Of a DNA stretch of 64,000 nucleotides, positions 38,533-47,049 are shown piece by piece. The stretch spans positions 301 through 64,300 of the forward strand of contig JAVBJO010000051.1 of NCBI GenBank assembly GCA_031546925.1, in the 5' to 3' direction. Position 1 is the first letter of the stretch. Every line of letters begins with the position of its first letter. The notes below the pieces were generated by a model. The model saw only the letters and a list, made by a program, of their open reading frames with translations. It made no database searches and was not told the origin of the DNA. The position numbers and the translations under genes are program-made. Source of the DNA: Rhodospirillaceae bacterium. GTDB lineage: Bacteria; Pseudomonadota; Alphaproteobacteria; Rhodospirillales; Magnetospirillaceae.

Positions 38533-40616
38533 GCGAAGAATGGCGGACGGCGGCGCAGTGGGCTGCGGAGGCGAAGCTGCTGAAGGTTAGTAAGGCTATT
38601 TTACCGCACACAACCAGAGGGGTTAACGGCAGATCTACGCGTGAATCCTGGCCGTCTCGCAAGCGCCAAGCGGCAGGCGGGGGCTTGGAGTACCCCCTTT
38701 CTGCCCTCCCCGCCGCCTTCCAAAAAGCCTTCGCCCGGAAGCTCCTCGCCTCCTCCTCCCCGGCCCCGACCCCGCGTGACCTCCCTCCGACCGCCTCGCT
38801 GAAGACGTTTCAGCGGGAGGCGATGGTGGCGCGGGCGGCTGTTCTGGCGGAGGTGGACCGGTTGGTGATGACGGGGATCGGGCGAGGCCGGGCGGTGGAG
38901 ATGCTGGTGGAGATGGCCAAAAACAACACGCTTGCGCCAGATCTGGCGCGTTTGGTCCCCCTCGCCAATGCGCGGACGGGGAAGTCGGGGCGGACGTTGT
39001 GCCGGGCCTCCATTTATAACTGGCTCAAGGCGCGAGATGAGGCTGGGGCGGTGGTGGCGTTGGCCCCGAAGGCTCCCAAGGAGGAGCCGGTGCCAAGCTG
39101 GGCCGAGGCGCTGATGGCGGTTTACGCCGTGCCCACCAAGGTTTCCCTGGCGTGGGCGGTGGAGGAAGTGGGGCGGATCCTCCCGCCCGAGGCAGCGCGG
39201 CCTAGTTATGGGCAGGCGATTCGTTTCCTGAAGCGGCTGGACTCGATCACCCGGAATAAGGGGCGGATGGGCGCGCGGGCGCTGAAGTCGATGAAGGCTT
39301 ATGTGGCGCGGGATGCCTCGGAGATGTGGCCGACGGCCATCTACGTGGCGGATGGGCATTGCTTCGATGCCGAGGTGGCTCATCCCCAGCACGGGCGGCC
39401 TTTCCGTCCAGAGATCACCACGGTTGTGGACGTGTATACCCGGCGAATCGTGGGGTGGTCTCTGGGGCTGTCGGAGAACAAGTGGGATGTGACCTCGGCG
39501 GCGGTGAAGGCGTTCACCGAGGCCGGGATGTGTGACATCTGGTACACGGATAACGGGCCGGGGTTTAACAATAAACTCTGGGATGACGAGCTGACGGGGT
39601 TGGTCTCTCGTCTGGCGATCACTAAGACCAACTCCATTGCTTACAATTCCCAGGCAAGAGGCGTGATTGAGCGGCTCCACCAAACCGTGTGGGTCCGAGC
39701 TGCGAAGCGATTGCCCACCTACATGGGGGCGGCCATGGATGGCGAGGCGCGGCAAAGGGCGTTTAAGCTCACCCGCAAGGACATCAAGGCGACGGGGTCT
39801 TCTCGGTTGCTTTTGGACTGGAAGCGATTCGTTGAATTCTGCGCGGAGACCGTCGCCGAGTACAACGCCCACCCCCATTCGTCCCTGCCCCCGATCCGCG
39901 ATCCCGAGACGGGCAAGAAGCGGTTCATGAGCCCTGATGAGGTGTGGGCCTCGGCTGTGGCCGAAGGCTGGCAGGCGGATGTGGTGGGCGAGGTCGAGGC
40001 GATTGATCTGTTTAGGCCTTACGAGAAGCGGACGACGCGCCGGGCGTTGGTGGAGATTTTCGGCAATTCGTATTTCTCGCCTGAACTGGAAGCCTTCCAC
40101 GGGGAGGAGGTCCAGGTGGGCTATGACCTGACCAACGCCGATCAGGTGTGGGTGCGGGCGCTGGATGGGCGATTCCTGGCGGTAGCGAAGTTCGAGGGCA
40201 ACAAGACCGGGTTCTACCCCAAGACAGGAGCCGAGGCCGCGCGGGAGAAGCGAGCGCTGGGTCGTCTGGCGCGGCTGGACGCCAAGCGAGGAGAAGCCAC
40301 GGAGGAGGCCTCCCCCTCCCTGGTGCTGGAGATGCCCAAGGCCTCGCCGGTCTCGCCGGAGCAGCAGGCGCGGCTTGAGGCATTGAAGGCGGAATTGTTG
40401 CCGTCGGAGGCTCCCGCCGCCGTGATTCCGCTGCTGACCAAGGCCGAACAATTCCGGCGGGCGCTGGATCTGGAGGCAAGACGAGAGGGAGGAGAGAGGC
40501 TCACCGACCGGGAGGCGGCTTGGCTGGAGACCTTCCAGAAAAGCGCAACCTACCGGTCCATGAGCATGATTGCGCAGGATTTCGGCCTTGAGAAGGCGAT
40601 GTCCTTAGCGCTGTAA
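38529..40616 (+). CDS. Mu-type DDE transposase (MuA-like)
   Basis: rve-type core VADGHCFDAEV...DVYTRRIVGWSL...WYTDNGPGF...ARGVIERLHQT, with an N-terminal DNA-binding region and a long C-terminal domain. Confidence 0.9.
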   Translation: MSEEWRTAAQWAAEAKLLKVSKAILPHTTRGVNGRSTRESWPSRKRQAAGGGLEYPLSALPAAFQKAFARKLLASSSPAPTPRDLPPTASLKTFQREAMVARAAVLAEVDRLVMTGIGRGRAVEMLVEMAKNNTLAPDLARLVPLANARTGKSGRTLCRASIYNWLKARDEAGAVVALAPKAPKEEPVPSWAEALMAVYAVPTKVSLAWAVEEVGRILPPEAARPSYGQAIRFLKRLDSITRNKGRMGARALKSMKAYVARDASEMWPTAIYVADGHCFDAEVAHPQHGRPFRPEITTVVDVYTRRIVGWSLGLSENKWDVTSAAVKAFTEAGMCDIWYTDNGPGFNNKLWDDELTGLVSRLAITKTNSIAYNSQARGVIERLHQTVWVRAAKRLPTYMGAAMDGEARQRAFKLTRKDIKATGSSRLLLDWKRFVEFCAETVAEYNAHPHSSLPPIRDPETGKKRFMSPDEVWASAVAEGWQADVVGEVEAIDLFRPYEKRTTRRALVEIFGNSYFSPELEAFHGEEVQVGYDLTNADQVWVRALDGRFLAVAKFEGNKTGFYPKTGAEAAREKRALGRLARLDAKRGEATEEASPSLVLEMPKASPVSPEQQARLEALKAELLPSEAPAAVIPLLTKAEQFRRALDLEARREGGERLTDREAAWLETFQKSATYRSMSMIAQDFGLEKAMSLAL

Positions 40617-40672
40617 CCCGGAGGGCTCCTGGCAGGGAGCCACCCCAACCCAAGACTTGAGGGGATTTTCTT

Positions 40673-41431
40673 ATGACTGAAATCAAACCCATCGTCAATC
40701 GTGTGTTTAGCGTCGCGCCCTTACGGAATGTGATCATCCTGAATGACCTCACGCAGAGGCTGCTCCAGCGCGACCCGGGGCTGCCGGGGATGGGGTGTTT
40801 CGCGGGGCCAAGCGGGTACGGGAAATCCGTCGCGGTGATGTACGCCGCGAATAAACACCGCGCTTACAGTGTTCAGGCCAACGCGGAATGGACCAAGCGG
40901 CATATGTGCCGGGTGATCCTGCGGGAGATGGGCGCTCCCCAAGTGGGGACGGTGCCGGAAATGGTCGAGGCCATTGGGCGGGAACTGGACGCGTCTCAAC
41001 GTCCTTTGTTCATCGATGAGGCGGATACTTTAGTCAGCAAGACGATGATTGAGACCGTCCGCGCCATCTATGAGGAGAGCGGCGGGCGGGGCGTGATTAT
41101 TTTAGTAGGCGAGGAGAATCTTCCCCGCACCCTGGAGCGCTGGGAGCGCATTCATTCCCGAATGCAGATCGGGATGGAGCTGGCAGAGCCTTGCGGGTTG
41201 GAGGATTGCTCTACCCTGGCGCGGCTCCGCTGCCCCGGAATCGTGGTGGCGGAGGATCTGTTGGCGGAAGTCTGCAAGGTGGCCGCTGGCTCCACCCGCC
41301 GAGCAGGTGGGAACCTGGATGTGGTCTATCACATCGCCCAGGGCGCGGACCTCGACTCAATCGATCTGAAGCGTTTCGCTGCGGCCAAGGGGGCGTTTGC
41401 CTCGGGCAAGTCTCCCGTGCGGGGGAAATGA
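40673..41431 (+). CDS. MuB-like AAA+ transposition ATPase
   Basis: Walker A GPSGYGKSV and Walker B LFIDEAD, in the position directly after the transposase. Confidence 0.85.
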   Translation: MTEIKPIVNRVFSVAPLRNVIILNDLTQRLLQRDPGLPGMGCFAGPSGYGKSVAVMYAANKHRAYSVQANAEWTKRHMCRVILREMGAPQVGTVPEMVEAIGRELDASQRPLFIDEADTLVSKTMIETVRAIYEESGGRGVIILVGEENLPRTLERWERIHSRMQIGMELAEPCGLEDCSTLARLRCPGIVVAEDLLAEVCKVAAGSTRRAGGNLDVVYHIAQGADLDSIDLKRFAAAKGAFASGKSPVRGK

Positions 41432-41434
41432 GTC

Positions 41435-42031
41435 ATGGGACGGAAGCCTATTCATCTGACCATGACCTCTAAAAAAACCGGCGGGCGTCAAGCGCTGTGG
41501 GAGGCGATGAGCGCTCAAGAGGGCCTCTTCAGTGCCTCTGCCATCGCGGTCACCTGTGGCGTGCCCTCCCGGACAGTCCAGACATACTTAGAGGCCCTGG
41601 TTGCCTCGGGTCATGTGGCAAAAGAAGGAAGCGGGGCATTTAAAATCGCCAAGTTCACAGGGGTAGAGGCACCACGGGTCCGCTCCGACGGGACGGTTGT
41701 CACGCAAGGGCTCGGCCGAGAGCAGATGTGGCGGACGTTGCGCGGGCGCGGGCTGGGGGAATTCGATTTCCGAGAGCTGGCCCTGATGGCCTCGACAGAA
41801 GCCGTCCCTGTGACGGAAGCTTACGCAAATGATTATTGTATTCGCCTCTTAAAAGCAGGGTATTTGCTCATTTCCGTCAAATCAAGGCCAGGGAAAGCGG
41901 CAAGATACCGCTTTAATCCGGCGATGAATACCGGGCCGAAGCCCCCCATGATCCAACGCACGTCTATGGTTTTTGACCAGAACCGGCGGGAAATTGTCTG
42001 GCCGAAGGTGGAGGATCTGGGCGATGACTAA
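41435..42031 (+). CDS. hypothetical early protein (possible winged helix)
   Basis: Tightly packed after the MuB-like gene, with normal composition. No family recognised. Confidence 0.5.
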   Translation: MGRKPIHLTMTSKKTGGRQALWEAMSAQEGLFSASAIAVTCGVPSRTVQTYLEALVASGHVAKEGSGAFKIAKFTGVEAPRVRSDGTVVTQGLGREQMWRTLRGRGLGEFDFRELALMASTEAVPVTEAYANDYCIRLLKAGYLLISVKSRPGKAARYRFNPAMNTGPKPPMIQRTSMVFDQNRREIVWPKVEDLGDD

Positions 42032-42392
42032 GCCGGTCCTTCTCCCCGCCCTGGTCCGCGCGCGCGTTGCTTGGGGGCTGATTCTGCCGGATTGGGTGGT
42101 GGTGCTGGCGCAGGAGTGTGACCGGACCAGTCAGGGGGCGGCGGCCGCGCGGCTTGGCTACTCCGGGACGGCGATCAGCCAGATCCTCAACGCCAAGTAT
42201 AACGCCGAATTGACGGCGGTTGAGCGGGCGGTGCGGGCGGTTTTCATGGCTGTGAGCGTGGAGTGCCCCGTGTTCGGTCGAATGCCGTCCAGCCAGTGTC
42301 TTGAGAATCAAAAATCCGAGAGAACAGGCCGTAACGCCCATGTGTTGGCCGCGTGTGAAAGCTGTTCCTCATCTCTACCTAAGAGAGGATGA
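42024..42392 (+). CDS. hypothetical HTH protein
   Basis: In-frame ATG 42024 overlaps the upstream stop. HTH-like segment SQGAAAARLGYSGTAISQILNAKYN. Confidence 0.5.
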   Translation: MTKPVLLPALVRARVAWGLILPDWVVVLAQECDRTSQGAAAARLGYSGTAISQILNAKYNAELTAVERAVRAVFMAVSVECPVFGRMPSSQCLENQKSERTGRNAHVLAACESCSSSLPKRG

Positions 42393-42396
42393 AGTC

Positions 42397-42618
42397 ATGT
42401 TGAGTGAAAAAATCAAGACTGTCTTATCTCATTTCAGTAAATACTGTGAATGCGGAGTCGAGATAGAGCCAGATGGTGTAAGGCATCTTTGTGATATCTT
42501 CACGGTCCTCATGGAGGATGCCCAGGATATGGAGCGAACCTCTGTCTCTCCGGTGGCGATGGCGGGTCTGGACCTGCCCGCCAACGTCATCCAACTCCCT
42601 CGGCGAGGTGTGGCATGA
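42397..42618 (+). CDS. hypothetical small protein (AT-richer)
   Basis: In-frame ATG 42397 (MLSEKIKTVLSHFSKYCECG...). The stop overlaps the next gene's start. Confidence 0.45.
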   Translation: MLSEKIKTVLSHFSKYCECGVEIEPDGVRHLCDIFTVLMEDAQDMERTSVSPVAMAGLDLPANVIQLPRRGVA

Positions 42619-43067
42619 CTGACCTGACTCAGATTCTGAAGGTCACTGCGGCTCGTTTCGGGGTGCTCCCCGAGGCGATGACGCGGCGGGGCTCCCTGCC
42701 CAAGCGTCTCATTCGTCCCCGCCAAGTGGCCATCGCCCTGGCGATGCGCTTGGCCCGGCTGCCCGTTCGGGTGATCGCGGCGGAGTTCGGCGGGCTGTCG
42801 GTCTCCATGGTGCGGCTGTCGGCCCGGAAGGTGGATGCTGCGAGCGAAACCGACCCCTCTTTGCGGGCGATCCTGATGGAGCTGCTGAAGAAGCTTGAGG
42901 ATCCCGAAGCCGCTCGGGCGCGGCGTCGCCCCGGAGCCCCGCTCGGTTCCAGAGTCCCGCCGGGCAGTCTCCGCCCTTGCATGTGCTGCCGCCTCCCCTT
43001 TCCCAGCGAAGGCGCCCACAACCGGCTGTGCTCGCGCTGCCGGTGGAAGTCCGAGGGGTACGCATGA
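42615..43067 (+). CDS. DnaA C-terminal-domain-like HTH protein with a C-terminal Cys4 ribbon
   Basis: RRGSLPKRLIRPRQVAIALAMRLARLPVRVIAAEFGGLSVSMVRLSARKV resembles the DnaA domain IV pattern. C-terminus reads CMCC...CSRC. Confidence 0.5.
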   Translation: MTDLTQILKVTAARFGVLPEAMTRRGSLPKRLIRPRQVAIALAMRLARLPVRVIAAEFGGLSVSMVRLSARKVDAASETDPSLRAILMELLKKLEDPEAARARRRPGAPLGSRVPPGSLRPCMCCRLPFPSEGAHNRLCSRCRWKSEGYA

Positions 43068-43170
43068 CCCGGCGCTCCCGTGTCCGACTCCGGAATCAGA
43101 TCCTGCACGGGGCGCTCGCGCCGATCCGCGCTCTCTCCTTCCTCTTTTCCTGTTTCCATCTGAGGTAAAT

Positions 43171-43938
43171 ATGTCAGCAATCACAAAGAAGATTCTCCCA
43201 GGAACTGTTGAAATTGAAGGCGTCCCTCATCTGCCTGGGGCCAAGGGCATCAAAATACCGGTGGAAAATTTCCGCGCCCAGGACTTACTCCTGCACGAAC
43301 TGGTCTATCAACTGACCGACTACGCCTTGGATTTGTCGGCGGAAATCGCTCGGTTCAACGGGCACTCCCGGGCCGATCTGGGGCAGTTCGATGCCCTGCT
43401 CGCTCAGGAATATGGGGTGACGCGGGATCCGGAATTCAAAGGCAACCGGACCTACACCAGCGCGGACGGGAAGCGACAGGTCAAAATCGCGCTGAACGAC
43501 CGGGTGACTTACGGGCCGGAGCTTCAGGCCGCCAAGCAGCTGCTCGACGAGATGATTCAAGAGAACGCCGCCGGTGCCGGGCCGGTGCTCATGCCCCTGG
43601 TGAACCTCGCGTTCCGCCTGGACAAGGAGGGCAAGGTGGACCCCGATCTGCTCCGCGCCATCCGCCGTCTGGAGGTGCCGGACCCGCGCTGGGCGAACAT
43701 CTGCCGCGCCATTGATGACGCAGAGAGAGTGATCGGGACCACCAGCTACGTCCGCTTTTACCAGCGGGAAGGCGACGGAAAATTTGAGCTGATTCCGTTG
43801 GACATCGCCAACGCCCCCCTCACCCCCGAGGCGCTGGCCCGGCGCAGCCTGCGCCGCCGCGTAGAGGAGGCAGAGGCCGCATTGGCGCTACTGAATAAAC
43901 CCAGCTTGATGAATGATCTGTCGGGAGGAAAAAAATGA
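43171..43938 (+). CDS. conserved Mu-like early protein (DUF3164-like)
   Basis: In-frame ATG 43171 (MSAITKKILPGTVEIEGVPHLPG...). The family call is from memory of Mu-like prophage early proteins. Confidence 0.45.
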   Translation: MSAITKKILPGTVEIEGVPHLPGAKGIKIPVENFRAQDLLLHELVYQLTDYALDLSAEIARFNGHSRADLGQFDALLAQEYGVTRDPEFKGNRTYTSADGKRQVKIALNDRVTYGPELQAAKQLLDEMIQENAAGAGPVLMPLVNLAFRLDKEGKVDPDLLRAIRRLEVPDPRWANICRAIDDAERVIGTTSYVRFYQREGDGKFELIPLDIANAPLTPEALARRSLRRRVEEAEAALALLNKPSLMNDLSGGKK

Positions 43939-44198
43939 TAACAATTACTCTATTAAGACGTGAGTTTAATAGTTTAGAACGCACACTGAATAATATGGTC
44001 AATGTCGCCGACAGATTTATTCTTTGTATGGAAATCATTAATGCGGGAGACTACAAGGGCCGGCTAGAAAGATCGGCCATTCCTCTCCGCGACTACGCAC
44101 TACGTTGTGAAAATCAGGCTGTGGATATAATCCGTACTCTTGGCGCTGCGAGAAGAAGAGCTCTTGCCCGCTCGGGTCTGATGAAGGAGTGGAAGTGA
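43935..44198 (+). CDS. hypothetical small protein (AT-rich)
   Basis: ATGA overlap with the upstream stop. No family recognised. Confidence 0.4.
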   Translation: MITITLLRREFNSLERTLNNMVNVADRFILCMEIINAGDYKGRLERSAIPLRDYALRCENQAVDIIRTLGAARRRALARSGLMKEWK

Positions 44199-44530
44199 TG
44201 GGGACGACTTACGCCTATTGTTGGGCTTCTGGGACCATTTGGTTCGGTGAAGACGTTCCTTGTGGGGCGCTTCCGATTGTGGAAGGGGAGAAAGATGCAG
44301 TCTATCGTCTTATGGAGACAGCTGCTCGCTATGCTTGTGATGGAAAGACATTGTTGGTTCCTGGCATTCCTGAAGCTGAAGACCTGCAAGCAAAGGCGGA
44401 TGCTTTCGCTCTCTGGGTGGAGAGGCTAGAGAAATGTGCGCCGGAGGGTCTCTCCGTCACCTTGGCAGGGCATCAACTGACGCACTCCGCGCCCGGAAGA
44501 ATTACAGCCGATTCCGGCGAGGACGAATGA
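44189..44530 (+). CDS. hypothetical protein
   Basis: Packed in the operon; alternative start ATG 44198. No family recognised. Confidence 0.45.
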   Translation: MEVMGTTYAYCWASGTIWFGEDVPCGALPIVEGEKDAVYRLMETAARYACDGKTLLVPGIPEAEDLQAKADAFALWVERLEKCAPEGLSVTLAGHQLTHSAPGRITADSGEDE

Positions 44531-44823
44531 TGCCCGAGGGGTATCTCAGCCTCCAGAAGGCGCTGAACGCGGCCCTGGATCAGGCGATCAACGGGAAAGG
44601 ACGCGAGCGCCACGGCAGCGATTTGTCCTTTGACGAGCAACCGATGCTGGCCATCAGTCGCGTGGTGGGAATCGGGTTTCCCCTGGGGCAGGTGTGCAAA
44701 AAGGTCCAGGAGGCTGCGCGTCTGGTGGCGCGGGACGAACCCGACCGGGCGCGCGCCGAGCTGCTGGGGGCGATCAACTATCTGGCGGGGGCGGTGGTTC
44801 TGTTGGAGGAGATGTCAAAATGA
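44527..44823 (+). CDS. small helical protein (possibly a MazG/dNTP-pyrophosphohydrolase-N-terminal-like fold)
   Basis: In-frame ATG 44527 overlaps the upstream stop. The pattern GKGRERHG...FPLGQVCKKVQEA is weak evidence for the fold. Confidence 0.35.
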   Translation: MMPEGYLSLQKALNAALDQAINGKGRERHGSDLSFDEQPMLAISRVVGIGFPLGQVCKKVQEAARLVARDEPDRARAELLGAINYLAGAVVLLEEMSK

Positions 44824-44828
44824 GACAT

Positions 44829-45479
44829 TCAGCGCTCCCAGGTGCGCGGTGGCAAGGTCAGAAAGGCGGCAAACAGGCTTTGCCACCAACGCAAGGGATA
44901 GGTTTCCTCGGAGCGTTGGAACCTTGCTTGTTGGTTGTGGCAAATCACCATCAGCGCCTCTTTAATCGCCGGTTCGGAGACTTCAATCAGAGTGAAATCC
45001 GCTTCGATTTCGCGCAACGATACTTCATCGTCTCCCGCCCGCACCAAGCGCTCGCCGAGGCGGGTGTACTGGCGATAAAGATCATCGTGTTGCCGGGCTT
45101 TGTCGCTCCAGCGGAAAGCACGACTGACGGCCATGGCGGCGACGACGAGCAGGCTGGCGAGAAGAACAATGCTTGTTCTCGCGCCGAATACTGCGCCGAA
45201 CGAAGCGCTGCCGCCAATCAAGCTGAGGACAGTCGCCCCGTTCTCCAGTCCGCTGTAATGACTGGCGAGGTGGCTGTTGTAACGGCGGGAGATGCCGATG
45301 CGAAACTGCATCTCCCACGCCTTATTGATTATTTTTTCCCTGTCTCCTGGGTCTTCTTCGATGTTGTCGGTTGTGGTGTCGCTACAGGAGAGATGGAGCA
45401 TTTCTCCATCTTGTCCGTCGGCGTCGAGACTCCGAGAACGAGTCTCTCCGTTTTGTTTGATGTTTTCTCGGACTGGCAT
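44829..45479 (-). CDS. two-TM membrane protein encoded antisense to the phage early operon (SLATT-like architecture)
   Basis: The central hairpin of two hydrophobic helices, ATVLSLIGGSASFGAVFG and SIVLLASLLVVAAMAV, is flanked by amphipathic helices. It is the only clearly minus-strand gene between 38 kb and 64 kb. Confidence 0.6.
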   Translation of the reverse strand: MPVRENIKQNGETRSRSLDADGQDGEMLHLSCSDTTTDNIEEDPGDREKIINKAWEMQFRIGISRRYNSHLASHYSGLENGATVLSLIGGSASFGAVFGARTSIVLLASLLVVAAMAVSRAFRWSDKARQHDDLYRQYTRLGERLVRAGDDEVSLREIEADFTLIEVSEPAIKEALMVICHNQQARFQRSEETYPLRWWQSLFAAFLTLPPRTWER

Positions 45480-45627
45480 GGGTTTTCCTTTTTATCCGAC
45501 ATTGAGATGTCTCCTGGTGGTTTGTCGGTCAGGGGGCAGGCGGGGTGGGTGTGGCAACACCCACCCGCCAACTTTAACGCGAAGATTATAGGTTATTCCA
45601 TACGTACTGTCACGAAGGGGCTAAATC

Positions 45628-46077
45628 ATGGCTGTTAATCCGATGATCGCCAAGATCCACATCGCCAAGAAGGATTTGGGGCTCGACGATGATACCTATC
45701 GGGATGTCTTGGAGCGCGTCACGGGCAAGCGAAGCTCCAAGGGGCTGGGGCCAAGCCAGATGGATGCCCTGTTGGTGGAATTCCGCAAGCTGGGCTGGAA
45801 GGCCAAGATGGGGGCTGCGGCAGGGTCCTACCGCAAGGGGTCGGGGAAGCTGCATGTGCGCAAGATTTTTGCGATTTGGCAGGAAATGTGTGACGCACAG
45901 ATCCCTGCCGCCCCCACGCGGGCCGGGCTCCTGGCCTTCGTCCAGCGTATGACCAAGACCGAGGCGCGGCCCGAGGGGGTGGCGGACCCGGAATGGCTCT
46001 CCCCGGAGGAGGCGCGCAAGGTCATCGAGGCCCTCAAGGCTTGGCGGACGCGCGAGTTGTCCAAAAGGGGGCGATAA
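45628..46077 (+). CDS. gemA: GemA / Mu gp16-family protein (DUF1018)
   Basis: IAKIHIAKKDLGLDDDTYRDVLERVTGKRSSKGLGPSQMDALLVEFRKLGW is the characteristic family pattern. Confidence 0.75.
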   Translation: MAVNPMIAKIHIAKKDLGLDDDTYRDVLERVTGKRSSKGLGPSQMDALLVEFRKLGWKAKMGAAAGSYRKGSGKLHVRKIFAIWQEMCDAQIPAAPTRAGLLAFVQRMTKTEARPEGVADPEWLSPEEARKVIEALKAWRTRELSKRGR

Positions 46078-46116
46078 AAATGCTTGACAGCCGCAGACAA
46101 TCGAGGCAGCGTTGGG

Positions 46117-46283
46117 GGTGGAGATTGAAACCTCCTTGTGTAGACGGCAGCCGCCCCGTCAGTCTTGCGGCCCTTTTTATGCCCAGTTTCCGGGCATGCT
46201 CCGCTTTGGCGGGAGGGCGACGGATACAACACCCGCAAGGGGAAGAAGTCCGCCTGATCTACACAGGGTTTCAACCTCCCGCC
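46117..46283. repeat. long imperfect inverted repeat enclosing about 100 nt of internal hairpins (candidate structured RNA or MITE)
   Basis: Left arm GGTGGAGATTGAAACCTCCTTGTGTAGACGG (46117-46147) pairs with right arm CCGCCTGATCTACACAGGGTTTCAACCTCCCGCC (46250-46283). Inner hairpins include ATGCCC/GGGCAT and CCC-GCAA-GGG. Confidence 0.55.
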
Positions 46284-46347
46284 ACCAGTGCGGTCGTGAA
46301 ACGCCTCACTGATGGTGCGTCTAAACGCCCCTGTAGAGGCATTAAAA

Positions 46348-46944
46348 ATGACCAATACCACCTCTTTAATTCCGGTTCCCTTCGCGGGGGAGACGGTCTT
46401 CTATCTCTCCGTCAAGGGAGAACAGATGGTCCCGGTGCGGACCATTTGCGACAATCTTGGTATTGCTTGGCAACCCCAGCAGCGCAAGTTGATGAGCGCA
46501 CGAGACCGATGGGGCGTCACCATCATGGTGACGGAGACGAATGCGGGCCCCCGCGAGGCCGTCTGCATCCCCCTGCGCCGCCTGTTCGCTTGGCTCCTGA
46601 GCATCCACCCCTCCAAGCTGGAGGTCCGCCTGCGCAAGAAGCTCATCGCCTATCAGCAGAAGTGCGACGAGGTGCTTTACCGGGCTTGGACCGAGCAACA
46701 CGAGGAGGCCCCTCGTCTTCTTCTCTCTGCTCCCCGACCGGTGGTGAGAGAGGAGCTCCTCACGCCCCTGTCGAGGAAGGTCTTGCGCTACCGCCGCTTG
46801 GGTCTGGGGACGGCGGAAATCTCTCGCCTGCTGGGATGCGGGAAGACCTCGGTCCTGAAGCTGACCCGCAGCTTGCGCGAGTCGTCGCTGCTGGAAGGGG
46901 GCCGTCTTCCCGATGGGCAGCCCTTTCGTTCCCTCCCTGGCTGA
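46348..46944 (+). CDS. P22 antirepressor N-terminal-domain-like protein with a C-terminal HTH
   Basis: SLIPVPFAGETVFYLSVKGEQMVPVRTICDNLGIAWQPQQRKL...IPLRRLFAWLLSIHPSK, plus C-terminal LGLGTAEISRLLGCGKTSVLKL. Confidence 0.55.
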   Translation: MTNTTSLIPVPFAGETVFYLSVKGEQMVPVRTICDNLGIAWQPQQRKLMSARDRWGVTIMVTETNAGPREAVCIPLRRLFAWLLSIHPSKLEVRLRKKLIAYQQKCDEVLYRAWTEQHEEAPRLLLSAPRPVVREELLTPLSRKVLRYRRLGLGTAEISRLLGCGKTSVLKLTRSLRESSLLEGGRLPDGQPFRSLPG

Positions 46945-47049
46945 GTCCGCCGCGCGGCTTCGCTTTTTCCTGTCCAGTGTCCGCCCGACCCGGCCGGACT
47001 GCTGGAGACCGGGCATCTGCCCCGTTTCGCCCTGACAGAGGGTCTCAAA

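Noticed and set aside
38601-40451. 616-aa minus-strand ORF, plus other long antisense or offset ORFs (23901..25133, 61809..63131, 46366..47604, 45993..47228, 19511..20587, 19803..20639, 27266..28240, 30685..31656, 9881..10600)
   Set aside because: Each overlaps a gene with clear family motifs in another frame or strand. Each also has extreme Arg/Pro/Gly content and no recognisable domains.
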